NCBI GenBank assembly: GCA_963758295.1
Contig: CAVWUU010000001.1
Coordinates: 64,001 to 128,000 of the forward strand
Reading direction: 5' to 3'
From: Candidatus Eremiobacteria bacterium
Lineage (GTDB): Bacteria; Vulcanimicrobiota; Vulcanimicrobiia; Vulcanimicrobiales; Vulcanimicrobiaceae
Length of the DNA stretch: 64,000 bases
How positions within the stretch are numbered: position 1 is the first letter of the stretch; the number at the start of each line of letters is the position of its first letter. Under the pieces are notes generated by a model. That model worked only from the letters and a program-made list of their open reading frames with translations. It had not been told where the DNA came from and did no database searches. Shown here piece by piece: positions 49,679 to 58,333 of this stretch. The translations under genes were made by a program, and so were the position numbers.

Positions 49679-50832
49679 CGCTTCACGCTTCGCACGATAG
49701 CGCCCGCGATCGCGCGCGCACCGCCCGGCGGCCCCATCAGCGCGCGTCCGGCAGCTGCCATGCGTTCGCGCCGCGCGGCGTCGGCCAACACGGTTTGCAC
49801 GCCCGTCGCTGCGGAGTCTAAATCGCCCGGAAACACCGCCAACGCGTCACCCAGTAATTCCGATTGCCGCATGCGGTACCACGCCGTTTTCCGGTCGCTG
49901 CCGCGCTCGAACGCTATCACGGGAATGCCGCCCGAAGCCGCCGCCTCGTTCGCGGTTCCCGCTTGTCCAACAACCAGTTGCACCCGCGTCAGTAACGGAC
50001 CTAGTTCACCGCGCCACGCGCGAATCAACGTTCGATCGCCGTCGCGCAATTCAAATTCGAGCGGGCCGTCGTGCAGGGGAACGACCGTCCACGTTTGCTG
50101 GAATGCCTCTCGGAAGCGCGCGAGATCTAACATCGGCGCGAGCGAAAGGACGCCGCCCAAGCTTTGATTCGATCCGGCGGCGCGGCGCAGGACGTCTGCG
50201 AGAAACACGGCATCATTGTAGGCGGCTTCGCGGCTGCCGGGAAACAGCGCAAGCGCCGGATCGAAGCCCGCGACTGCGCGGTCTGCGCTCAAATCATCGG
50301 CAACCGCAAAGAGATCGACGATAACGTTTCCCGGCGCGTCCGCCGCGACGCCTTGGGATCGCAAGCGTTCCGCCGTTGCGCTGTCGCGCACGAAAATCTG
50401 ATCGGCACGGCGCAGTACTCGCCGCTCCATCGTGCCGTACGGCGCTACCCGCACGCTCTTTGCCGTGCCGACGTACGTAGCCGGAACGCGCACCGCGAGC
50501 GCCATCAGCAATGCGTAGACGTCGCCGACTGCCACGACGCGCGCGTACCGGCCGCGCGCCCTTACCAAAAAGCGCCGTTGCGCGAGCGTCAATCCGAGCA
50601 ATCCGCCGCCGATGTCACGCACGATGTTCCGAACGTTCCCCATTGCTATGAGGCCGCCGCTCGGCATGGCTTCCTGCGGCCCGACGTCGTGCATGAAGCG
50701 GGCTTTGCTGCGCCCGACGAGCGCCAGATGGTCGATTTCAAGCTCGGGCGCAAGTTCCCGAACTTCCTGGGCGATGCGATCGGCAATGGCGATCTCGCCG
50801 TTGCCGTTGGACACGAAGAGCACCCGCTTCAC
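49675..50832 (-). CDS. Lipid-A-disaccharide synthase-related GT-B protein (TIGR03492-like)
   Basis: SNGNGE, MPSGG, AVGD, GTAKS, PGSR, AGTANE, MGPPG. Confidence 0.8.
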   Translation of the reverse strand: MKRVLFVSNGNGEIAIADRIAQEVRELAPELEIDHLALVGRSKARFMHDVGPQEAMPSGGLIAMGNVRNIVRDIGGGLLGLTLAQRRFLVRARGRYARVVAVGDVYALLMALAVRVPATYVGTAKSVRVAPYGTMERRVLRRADQIFVRDSATAERLRSQGVAADAPGNVIVDLFAVADDLSADRAVAGFDPALALFPGSREAAYNDAVFLADVLRRAAGSNQSLGGVLSLAPMLDLARFREAFQQTWTVVPLHDGPLEFELRDGDRTLIRAWRGELGPLLTRVQLVVGQAGTANEAAASGGIPVIAFERGSDRKTAWYRMRQSELLGDALAVFPGDLDSAATGVQTVLADAARRERMAAAGRALMGPPGGARAIAGAIVRSVKR

Positions 50833-50833
50833 G

Positions 50834-51559
50834 TCAGGGCGCGCCGAGTAACGGGACGAGCTCGAACTCATCGATACGCAGACGTTTCTTCGAGTCGTCG
50901 TACGTTAGCTGCGTGCGCGACACATACTGTCCGTACGGGCCCGCATGAACGATCGGCACACCGCCGACGTATTCCGGTGCAAAAAGCGTGTCGTGACTGT
51001 GGCCGCCCAAAATCAGATCGATCCTCGGAACGGCGGCGGCAAGTTTGCGGTCGAGATTCAGCCCAACGTGCGAGAGAACGATCAGCGCATCGCCCTCAGG
51101 CAGGCGTTCTGCGTAAGTTCCAACCGCGTCCCACGGATCGAGAAAGCGCCATCCGAAAACGCGCTCGTACGGGCTGCCGTTGGGATACTGCATGATGAGC
51201 AATCCCAGTAGGTGAACGTTGATTCCGTCCGCATTCAACGTCATCGACCGGACGAACGGGAGCTCGCGGCCCTTCGTGTCCAGCAAGTTCGTGCAAACCA
51301 GCGGATGCGTCATCTTCTTGGCCCGCGCTCGCAACAACGGGAAAAGATAATGGAATTCGCGATTGCCGATCGCTTGCGCGTCGTACCCGGCGGCGTCAAT
51401 CTCGCCGATGATCGGCTCGTTGCGATGGTACACGGTCTGGCTTCCACGCAGAGAATCGCCACAGTCGAAAAGCAAACCGGGACGTTCCTCGCGCAACGCT
51501 TTCAAGCGCGGTGCGATGCCGCGATGATCGTGTAAGTCGGATGTGTGATAGATCCGCAC
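50834..51559 (-). CDS. Calcineurin-like metallophosphoesterase (UshA/5'-nucleotidase N-domain only)
   Basis: HTSDLH, DCGD, GNREF, LSHVG, GGHSH; no signal peptide and no C-terminal nucleotidase domain. Confidence 0.88.
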   Translation of the reverse strand: MRIYHTSDLHDHRGIAPRLKALREERPGLLFDCGDSLRGSQTVYHRNEPIIGEIDAAGYDAQAIGNREFHYLFPLLRARAKKMTHPLVCTNLLDTKGRELPFVRSMTLNADGINVHLLGLLIMQYPNGSPYERVFGWRFLDPWDAVGTYAERLPEGDALIVLSHVGLNLDRKLAAAVPRIDLILGGHSHDTLFAPEYVGGVPIVHAGPYGQYVSRTQLTYDDSKKRLRIDEFELVPLLGAP

Positions 51560-52678
51560 TTAGGCGGAGCCTGCTTTTGCCAGCGCGACCGCAAAGCGCG
51601 CGCAAAGATCCAACGCGTCCGGCGGTCCAAGCTTTTCGCGCAGTTCTAAGAACGCTTCATATTGCGGGACCGGATTCTCCAGCAGCTGCTCCATCGCGCC
51701 CGCTAAGTTTTCAGCGGTAGCGGCGTCTTGCAAAAACTCCGGCACGACCTCGCGTTTGAGCACAAGATTCGGCAAGGTGATGTATTTGCCCGAGTATACG
51801 CGGCGTGCGTGGCGCACAAGTACCGGCGCAATCACGTAGAGCGCTACGGCCGGAACGCCGAGCAACGCCGTCTCCAACACCGCCGTGCCGGATGCGACCC
51901 AGGCTGCGTCGGCATCGGCGATGGCCGCGTGCACTCCGCGCATGACCGTAACGTCTCGAAGTTTCTCGCGTGCAATAGTGCGCTTGAGCTGGGCTTCCGC
52001 GGCATCGTTCGCGGCTCCGAATATTCCGCGGAGATCCGGACGCCGAACCTTGAGCGCGCGATACGCTTCGACCAGCGCCGGTACGTGGTAACGCAATTCA
52101 CCGTTGCGGCTTCCCGGAAGCATCGCGACCGTGCCGCCGTTCGGCGAAGGCGCCGGGCGTGGCGGGCGTGACGCGTACTGCGCCGCAAGCGGATGGCCGA
52201 AATAAACGATCGGCAATCGATGCGATTTATAGAACTCGTACTGATGCGCGAAGGCGGTCAACGGAACGGCGTACGAGCTTACTTCGCGCGCTTTAGCTTC
52301 ATTGTCGAGCCATGTGGCCGGCGGAAATACGTCCAGTACGGCGCCGCCGTACTTCTGACGCGTGCGCAACTCTTTCGCGAGCCGCAAGTTGAACGCGCCG
52401 AAATCGACCAGTATCACGAGATCGGGCTTAACGCGCGCAACGTGCTGGGCGGTTTGCCACATCGTAGCGAGCAGCTTTGGAATGCGCGGAATAGCGGCGA
52501 GCGGTCCCATGCTGGCCCAGCCCGTGTGATCGCGCCAGAGTTCGAAGCCTTCGGAACGCATGCGTTGCGAGCCGATCCCCTCGAACTGCGCTTGCGGGTC
52601 GTACCGGCGAATGGCTTGCGCCAGTAAGACCGCGCTTAGCTCGCCCGAAGCCTCGCCGCTCGAAAAGAAGTAACGCAA
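51560..52678 (-). CDS. lpxB: Lipid-A-disaccharide synthase
   Basis: SGEASGE, VDFGAFN, GHPL, LPGSR, ASGTAVLE, LPN, VPEFLQ; follows lpxA. Confidence 0.9.
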   Translation of the reverse strand: MRYFFSSGEASGELSAVLLAQAIRRYDPQAQFEGIGSQRMRSEGFELWRDHTGWASMGPLAAIPRIPKLLATMWQTAQHVARVKPDLVILVDFGAFNLRLAKELRTRQKYGGAVLDVFPPATWLDNEAKAREVSSYAVPLTAFAHQYEFYKSHRLPIVYFGHPLAAQYASRPPRPAPSPNGGTVAMLPGSRNGELRYHVPALVEAYRALKVRRPDLRGIFGAANDAAEAQLKRTIAREKLRDVTVMRGVHAAIADADAAWVASGTAVLETALLGVPAVALYVIAPVLVRHARRVYSGKYITLPNLVLKREVVPEFLQDAATAENLAGAMEQLLENPVPQYEAFLELREKLGPPDALDLCARFAVALAKAGSA

Positions 52679-52679
52679 C

Positions 52680-53447
52680 TTATTTGAGGATGCCTCGCTG
52701 CGATTCGTTCTCGAGAAACGCGATGATTTCGCGGCCGGGGTCGCTGCTGGCCTCGGCCTTCATCTCGGAGATCGCTTGCGAGACGTTGAGCTTCGGGTTA
52801 TAGAGGATCTTGTAGAATTTTTTGATTTCGTTGCGTTCTGCAACGGTGAACCCTGCGCGGCGCAAACCAACGCTGTTCAACCCGTACGGCTGTGCCGGGT
52901 TGCCTTCGATGAGGAAGAACGGCGGCACGTCTTTAGTAAGTTTGCTCGCGCCGCCGATCATGGCATAGCGGCCGATGCGCGTGAACTGATGAACGCCGGC
53001 CTGTCCGCCGATCGTCGTGTAGTCCCCTACTTCCACGTGGCCGGCAAGCTGCGCGAGGTTGCTCATCGTCACGCCGTTGCCCAAAATGCAGTTGTGCGCG
53101 ATATGCACGTACGCCAGAAGCAGGCAGTCGTCGCCGACCGCGGTGACTTCGTCTTCGCCGGTGGCGCGCTGAATGCTGACGTACTCGCGAAGAATCGTGC
53201 GGCTGCCGACGCGCGTGAAGGCACGTTCGCCCCGATACTTGCGGTCTTGCGAAGCCGCACCAATCGTGGCGAACGGATAGATCACGCAATTCTCGCCGAT
53301 GTCCGTCCAGCCGTTGATGACCACGTGCGCCTGCAGCACGGTTCCCGTGCCGACCGAAACATGTTCGCCAACGATGCAATACGGCCCGACTTCTACGCCG
53401 CGCGCAACTTTTGCATTCGGATGAACGATAGCGGTTGGATGTATCAT
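52680..53447 (-). CDS. lpxA: UDP-N-acetylglucosamine O-acyltransferase
   Basis: IHPTAIV, hexapeptide repeats, HIAHNC, LAGHV, VHQFTRIG, GLNSVGLRR. Confidence 0.95.
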   Translation of the reverse strand: MIHPTAIVHPNAKVARGVEVGPYCIVGEHVSVGTGTVLQAHVVINGWTDIGENCVIYPFATIGAASQDRKYRGERAFTRVGSRTILREYVSIQRATGEDEVTAVGDDCLLLAYVHIAHNCILGNGVTMSNLAQLAGHVEVGDYTTIGGQAGVHQFTRIGRYAMIGGASKLTKDVPPFFLIEGNPAQPYGLNSVGLRRAGFTVAERNEIKKFYKILYNPKLNVSQAISEMKAEASSDPGREIIAFLENESQRGILK

Positions 53448-53449
53448 TT

Positions 53450-53923
53450 TTAGGCGTGCAGCACCGCGGCGTCGGCGCCGAACATGCGCGGATCGGACGC
53501 GATCGAGAACATTAGCTCGCACGCGCACGCGAGTTGGTCGTCGACCTTCGCTTCCGCGCGCACCCAGCCGATGTTGCGTTTATGGCGTTCGAGCGTCACT
53601 TCCATCATGAGGCGGTCGCCGGGAACGACCGGACGGCGAAACTTTGCCTTATCGATGCCGGCGAGATACGGAGTCTTCCGCGAGAACTCGCCGGGCTCGA
53701 GAACGACCGCGCCGCCGAGCTGCGCCATCGCTTCGATCATGTACACGCCCGGGAAAAGCGGATTGCCGGGAAAGTGTCCGGTGAAAACCGGCTCGTTGAA
53801 CGTGATGTTCTTATAGCCCAGCGCGCGCACGCCCGGCTCGAGCTCCAGAATCCGGTCGATCAAAAGAAGCGGATAGCGATGCGGCAAGATCTCCATGATC
53901 TGCCGGATGTCCATTTGTCCCAC
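53450..53923 (-). CDS. fabZ: 3-hydroxyacyl-ACP dehydratase
   Basis: LPHRYPLLLIDR, GHFP, EAMAQ, FRRPVVPGD. Confidence 0.96.
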   Translation of the reverse strand: MGQMDIRQIMEILPHRYPLLLIDRILELEPGVRALGYKNITFNEPVFTGHFPGNPLFPGVYMIEAMAQLGGAVVLEPGEFSRKTPYLAGIDKAKFRRPVVPGDRLMMEVTLERHKRNIGWVRAEAKVDDQLACACELMFSIASDPRMFGADAAVLHA

Positions 53924-53930
53924 GATACCT

Positions 53931-54758
53931 CTACGCTGAAGATGCGACACCCAATTGTTGCCGCAGGGCACGCGTCACGCGCGCGTGCAAGGCGTGCCCG
54001 CTCTTGATGGCGATCACTTCGCAAAGCGGCCATGCGCCGAGCAGGGCAAAATCTCCGATCAGGTCGAGCACTTTGTGCCGGACAACTTCGTTGCCCCACA
54101 GCAGCGGCTGCATTGGACCGGTTTCGTCGTATACGAGCGCGTTGTCTAAACTGCCGCCGCGCGCCAGCCCTTGCTCGCGCATCGCTTCGACGTCGCGCAA
54201 AAATGTAAACGTGCGCGCGGACGCGATTTCTTCGCGGTAAGTCTGCGGCGTAATTTCACCATCGAAATAATGCGTGCCGATTGGTTCGTCGTAATGCGCG
54301 ATGAACCGGATGCGGAACGTCTCGGACGGCAGCACGATAGCGGCTTTATCGCCGTTGCGATATTCGAACGGCTCGGTAATCCGCAGCATGGGGCGTTGCG
54401 TTGCGCCCGCGGTTAAGCCGGTAGCGGCAATCGCGTCGGCATAAATCTTGGCGGATCCGTCAAGGATTGGAATTTCGCGCCCGTACAATACGATCTCCGC
54501 ATCGGAGACCCCCATGCCCATGAGTGCCGAGAGAATGTGTTCGATCGTCGAGATGCTGCGACCGTGCGACTGGATGATTGTAGCGAGCGGCGTTTCCACC
54601 GCGTATTCGGCAAGCGCCGGGATGCGCGCGCCGTCGCTCAAGACGAAGACGTAACCGGTTCCCGGGGACGCCGGGCGCACTTCCATCGAGGCAGCTTCAC
54701 CCGTGTGAAGACCGACGCCCTCAAATCGCAGGGCATCGCGCAGCGTTGCAGCGTTCAT
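53931..54758 (-). CDS. lpxC: UDP-3-O-acyl-GlcNAc deacetylase
   Basis: GVGLHTG, TIEHILSAL, PILDGSA, ARTF, HKVLDLIGD, GHALH. Confidence 0.96.
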   Translation of the reverse strand: MNAATLRDALRFEGVGLHTGEAASMEVRPASPGTGYVFVLSDGARIPALAEYAVETPLATIIQSHGRSISTIEHILSALMGMGVSDAEIVLYGREIPILDGSAKIYADAIAATGLTAGATQRPMLRITEPFEYRNGDKAAIVLPSETFRIRFIAHYDEPIGTHYFDGEITPQTYREEIASARTFTFLRDVEAMREQGLARGGSLDNALVYDETGPMQPLLWGNEVVRHKVLDLIGDFALLGAWPLCEVIAIKSGHALHARVTRALRQQLGVASSA

Positions 54759-54770
54759 TGCTCGGCGGGC

Positions 54771-55799
54771 TTACTCGGTCTTACGCGACCGTTCGCGCTC
54801 CAACGCATCCACACGAGCGATCAGCTTTGGCAGCTTGCGAAGCATGACCTCCGTTCGAAGCGTCTCGCGATGGTCACGCGCGGGATTGCCCGAAATCATC
54901 GAACCATCCGCTACGTCGCCCCACACGCCCGACTGTCCCGCGACGGTCGAACCGGAGCCGATGTGCATGTGTCCGCGCGTGCCGACTTGACCCGCAATCT
55001 TCACGCCGTCGCCGACGCTGGTCGAGCCGGCGAAGCCGCTTTGCGCCGCAACGGCGGAGTGCTTACCGATGCGCGAGTTGTGGCCGATCTGTACGAGGTT
55101 GTCGATCTTCGTTCCCCGCCCGACGACCGTGCTGCCCGTTTGCGCGCGGTCGACGCAAGCATTTGCGCCGATCTCGACTTCGTCGTCGAGCACGACGTTG
55201 CCGATCTGCGGAATACGTTCTAGCCGGCCCTCTAAAAAGGCCCAGCCGAACCCTTCGCTGCCGATCACGCAGCCCGAGTGCAGAATGACGCGATTTCCCA
55301 GGACGCACCCTTCGTGCACGATTGCCCGCGGGTGCAGCCAGCACTCTTCACCGATCGCCGTGCCGGCACCAACGTAGGCGCCCGGCGAAAGCACGGTTCC
55401 ACGTCCGATGGTTACGCCGCTCGCCACGTACACGCCGGCGCCGAGATAAACCTCGTCGCCGATCTGCGCGCCGTCTTCGACGACGGCCGTCGCATGCCGG
55501 AACGGACCTTTCGGGCGCGGCGCCTTCAGCGCCGCAAGCAGCGTCGCAAGCGCGGCACGAGCGTTTTCAACCACAAGCAGCGGCTTCGGCGCGTTTTCGA
55601 GGCCGGGCAGGGATGCATCGACCAGCACGGCTGCAGCAGCACCGGCAAGAGCCTCTGCGAGATACTTCTCGTCGGTAGCAAACGTCAACGCATCCGAAGT
55701 CGCGTCACCGATCGCACTGATGCGCGCGATCGCTACGGATCCCTCTCCTACGATGCGCCCGCCGACGCGTGCGCCTAGCTCTTGCAGCGTGCCTAACAT
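54771..55799 (-). CDS. lpxD: UDP-3-O-(3-hydroxyacyl)glucosamine N-acyltransferase
   Basis: IGSEGFG, IPQIGNV, TKIDNLVQIGHN, hexapeptide repeats. Confidence 0.96.
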   Translation of the reverse strand: MLGTLQELGARVGGRIVGEGSVAIARISAIGDATSDALTFATDEKYLAEALAGAAAAVLVDASLPGLENAPKPLLVVENARAALATLLAALKAPRPKGPFRHATAVVEDGAQIGDEVYLGAGVYVASGVTIGRGTVLSPGAYVGAGTAIGEECWLHPRAIVHEGCVLGNRVILHSGCVIGSEGFGWAFLEGRLERIPQIGNVVLDDEVEIGANACVDRAQTGSTVVGRGTKIDNLVQIGHNSRIGKHSAVAAQSGFAGSTSVGDGVKIAGQVGTRGHMHIGSGSTVAGQSGVWGDVADGSMISGNPARDHRETLRTEVMLRKLPKLIARVDALERERSRKTE

Positions 55800-55806
55800 G
55801 TGCAGC

Positions 55807-56208
55807 TTACGTGGGCGACGGAGACGCCTTCTCGGTAATGTTCATGAGCTTTTCGACGTCGGGCGTAATGTCCACGCCGCCGTAGCCCACGCCTTCCTTC
55901 GTAACCACGAGCTTGAGATTCTTGTCCGACGCGACCTTATTGGCGGCATCGCGAATCTGCTTGGTGAGATCGTCGGTGATCCCGGCGTACTTCTTCTGCA
56001 GCGCGTTGGCTTCCTGAGTCTTGCGCTGCGTGCTCGCCTTACTTTGCACGATCTTCTGCTCTTCGGTAAGCAGTTGCTGCTGGTAGTTTTGATACGTCGG
56101 CCAGTTCGCAACCACGCGGTTGATGTCGATCAGACCAACGGGGCTGGAGTTGCCGCTGCATCCTGCGAGCAGCGCGGCGAAGGCAGCGATGGCGGTGTAT
56201 TTCTTCAT
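55807..56208 (-). CDS. Short Skp/OmpH-like lipoprotein
   Basis: Lipobox LAGC; VGLIDINRV...VASDKNLKLVV...GGVDITPDV. Confidence 0.75.
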   Translation of the reverse strand: MKKYTAIAAFAALLAGCSGNSSPVGLIDINRVVANWPTYQNYQQQLLTEEQKIVQSKASTQRKTQEANALQKKYAGITDDLTKQIRDAANKVASDKNLKLVVTKEGVGYGGVDITPDVEKLMNITEKASPSPT

Positions 56209-57485
56209 TCGTGTAAACTCTCGACGTCGTGAATTAGATCGTTAGTAAGGTCGTAACCGCCGTTGGCGGCAGCTACGTTATCGAAGACCACGGAAAAGCC
56301 CATGTCTTTGGCGATCCGTTGCGCTTCGCGATGGATTTGGTCGGTCATTTGCGCCTGCAGATCGTCGTGACGCTTCTGCAGCGACGCAAGTTCTTTTGCG
56401 GCAGAGCCGGTCGCGCCGACGTCCTGCCCTTGGAGAGACGCGTACTGACGGTCTAGATCCGTCTTGGTCGCGTTGTACTCTGCAATGCTCTTCTGCGCGT
56501 CCGATTGGAACATGGAGGCGTACTGCGAGTGAATCTGAGCGAGCTTCTTCTGCACGTCCGGCGGCACGTTGGGTGCGGCCGGTCCGGCGAGCGTCTTCAA
56601 TTGCGATCCAACCGCGTCGCGGCGGGCGCTCAGCTTTGCTTGGGTTTGCGAACGGATTTTCGCCACTTCGGCCTTCACCGAAGAATCGGTCTGCGCGCGA
56701 AGCTGCGTGCGATACGTGGCCAGATCTTGCTGGTCGCGGGTACGCAGCGCATTGACTTGATCGGCCTCTTTTTTGTCTAGGGCCGCCAGCTGACCGTTCA
56801 CCGACGCGCGCGTTGCAGCATCGAGCGCAAGATTGTTCAGCTTTAGTTTCAGTGCAGAGCGCTGCGTTGCGTCCTCTTGCGCGAGGCGCAACGACAGGTC
56901 GGTTTCCTGTTGCTGATACTGTTCGGCTTTTGCACGAAACTTCGCGTCGCCTTGCTTCTGTAATTGCTGCGCGACGCCGTTCACGGCGGCCGTATCTTGC
57001 GATATGACGCTTTGCTGGTACGCCATGTAATCTTTGTTGGCTTGCTGTGCGGCGCTGGCGGCCTGCTGCCGCGAGGTGGCGCTCATTTGCGCGGCAGCCT
57101 TGAAGCTCGAGGGGTCGATGCCGGCGGCTTGCAACGCGGTCACATCTGCCTCCCGCTCACGCTTGCCGTACTCGACTTGCTTCTGCGCGATCGCTTTGTT
57201 TGCACGGTCTTGCGCATCGCGCAACTGCTGGTTTAACTGCTTGACGCCCGCGGCGACTTCGGCCGCGCTGCGGGGCACGCGCGGACCGGCCGCTTCCAGG
57301 TTGATCGCGGTAATCGAATCGTCCAGTTGCGAGAGTTGCTTGTAGAGCGGGTGGTGCTTGAGCACCTCGTCCATCCGCACGTAGGCCATCCCGCGAATCT
57401 GCGGCGAGTTCACGTCGACATGACTGCAACCGCAGAAAGCAGTTGCAGTCACGAATGCAAGAAGCGCCGCGGCTTTACCAGGCAT
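56205..57485 (-). CDS. Extended Skp/OmpH-like lipoprotein with very long coiled coil
   Basis: FCGC lipobox-like motif; AYVRMDEVL..HP; IAKDMGFSVVF...DLTNDLI. Confidence 0.65.
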   Translation of the reverse strand: MPGKAAALLAFVTATAFCGCSHVDVNSPQIRGMAYVRMDEVLKHHPLYKQLSQLDDSITAINLEAAGPRVPRSAAEVAAGVKQLNQQLRDAQDRANKAIAQKQVEYGKREREADVTALQAAGIDPSSFKAAAQMSATSRQQAASAAQQANKDYMAYQQSVISQDTAAVNGVAQQLQKQGDAKFRAKAEQYQQQETDLSLRLAQEDATQRSALKLKLNNLALDAATRASVNGQLAALDKKEADQVNALRTRDQQDLATYRTQLRAQTDSSVKAEVAKIRSQTQAKLSARRDAVGSQLKTLAGPAAPNVPPDVQKKLAQIHSQYASMFQSDAQKSIAEYNATKTDLDRQYASLQGQDVGATGSAAKELASLQKRHDDLQAQMTDQIHREAQRIAKDMGFSVVFDNVAAANGGYDLTNDLIHDVESLHE

Positions 57486-57510
57486 TGCTTTAGCTTTGTC
57501 CCGGCAAAAT

Positions 57511-58314
57511 CTATTTCGAGAGGGCATCTTGGACATCTTTCGTGATGTCCATGCCTCCGTAGATGATGTCCGCCCGGTCGACGACGAGCAACAAGTTGTG
57601 CTTCTTCGCAGCGTCGGCCGTATCGGACTTCGTCTGATCCACAAGCGGCTTCAGCAGTGAATCGCGCTTGTCTTGAATCGATTTGTTGTAGTCCGCGAGG
57701 ACCGCTTGTTTGTCGACGTCGGTCTTAGCCGCTTGCAGCTTCGGCGCGTACGTCTTCTGCTGATCCTGCTGGAACTTTTGGAGCTGGTCGGCAGCGTCTT
57801 TGACCTTCGACGAACCATCGAGCGCCGTTTGATCGACCCAGCCGATTTCCGACGGCGCGGGCGACGCGCTCGGCGGCGTCAACGCCTGCGAACTCTGCAG
57901 CGCGCTCGTAACGTCTTTGGTTATGTCCTCTCCGCCGTAGACGATGATGCGTTTGTCGACGACCACCGAAAGGTTCTTGCTGCCTGCGACCGACGCGATC
58001 GCGAGCTGGGCACGCTGGAAGAGCGGGCCGACGACTTCGCGTTGCTTGTCGGCGAACTGCTGCTGGAAGCGCAGCGACACGTTCTGTTTGTCCGCGTCGC
58101 TTTTTGCACCGCGCATGGCGGCGGCGAACTGGGAATCCAGCTGCTGCTTGTATTGCGCGAGCTGGGCGTTGGCACGCGCGAATTGCGGCAGGCTGCCGAC
58201 GGCGCTCTGATCGATGAAGCCCACGTCGGTGAGGTCGGCAGCGATTGCCGCCGGTGCGACGACCGTTGCAAGCGCAGCCGTTGCAAGCAGGGTATTGATG
58301 AGGCGTTTTCTCAT
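57511..58314 (-). CDS. Tandem double Skp/OmpH domain protein
   Basis: Two repeats: VGFIDQ...YGGEDITKDV and IGWVDQ...YGGMDITKDV. Confidence 0.85.
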   Translation of the reverse strand: MRKRLINTLLATAALATVVAPAAIAADLTDVGFIDQSAVGSLPQFARANAQLAQYKQQLDSQFAAAMRGAKSDADKQNVSLRFQQQFADKQREVVGPLFQRAQLAIASVAGSKNLSVVVDKRIIVYGGEDITKDVTSALQSSQALTPPSASPAPSEIGWVDQTALDGSSKVKDAADQLQKFQQDQQKTYAPKLQAAKTDVDKQAVLADYNKSIQDKRDSLLKPLVDQTKSDTADAAKKHNLLLVVDRADIIYGGMDITKDVQDALSK

Positions 58315-58333
58315 GCTGTCCTTCGAGAGTAGC

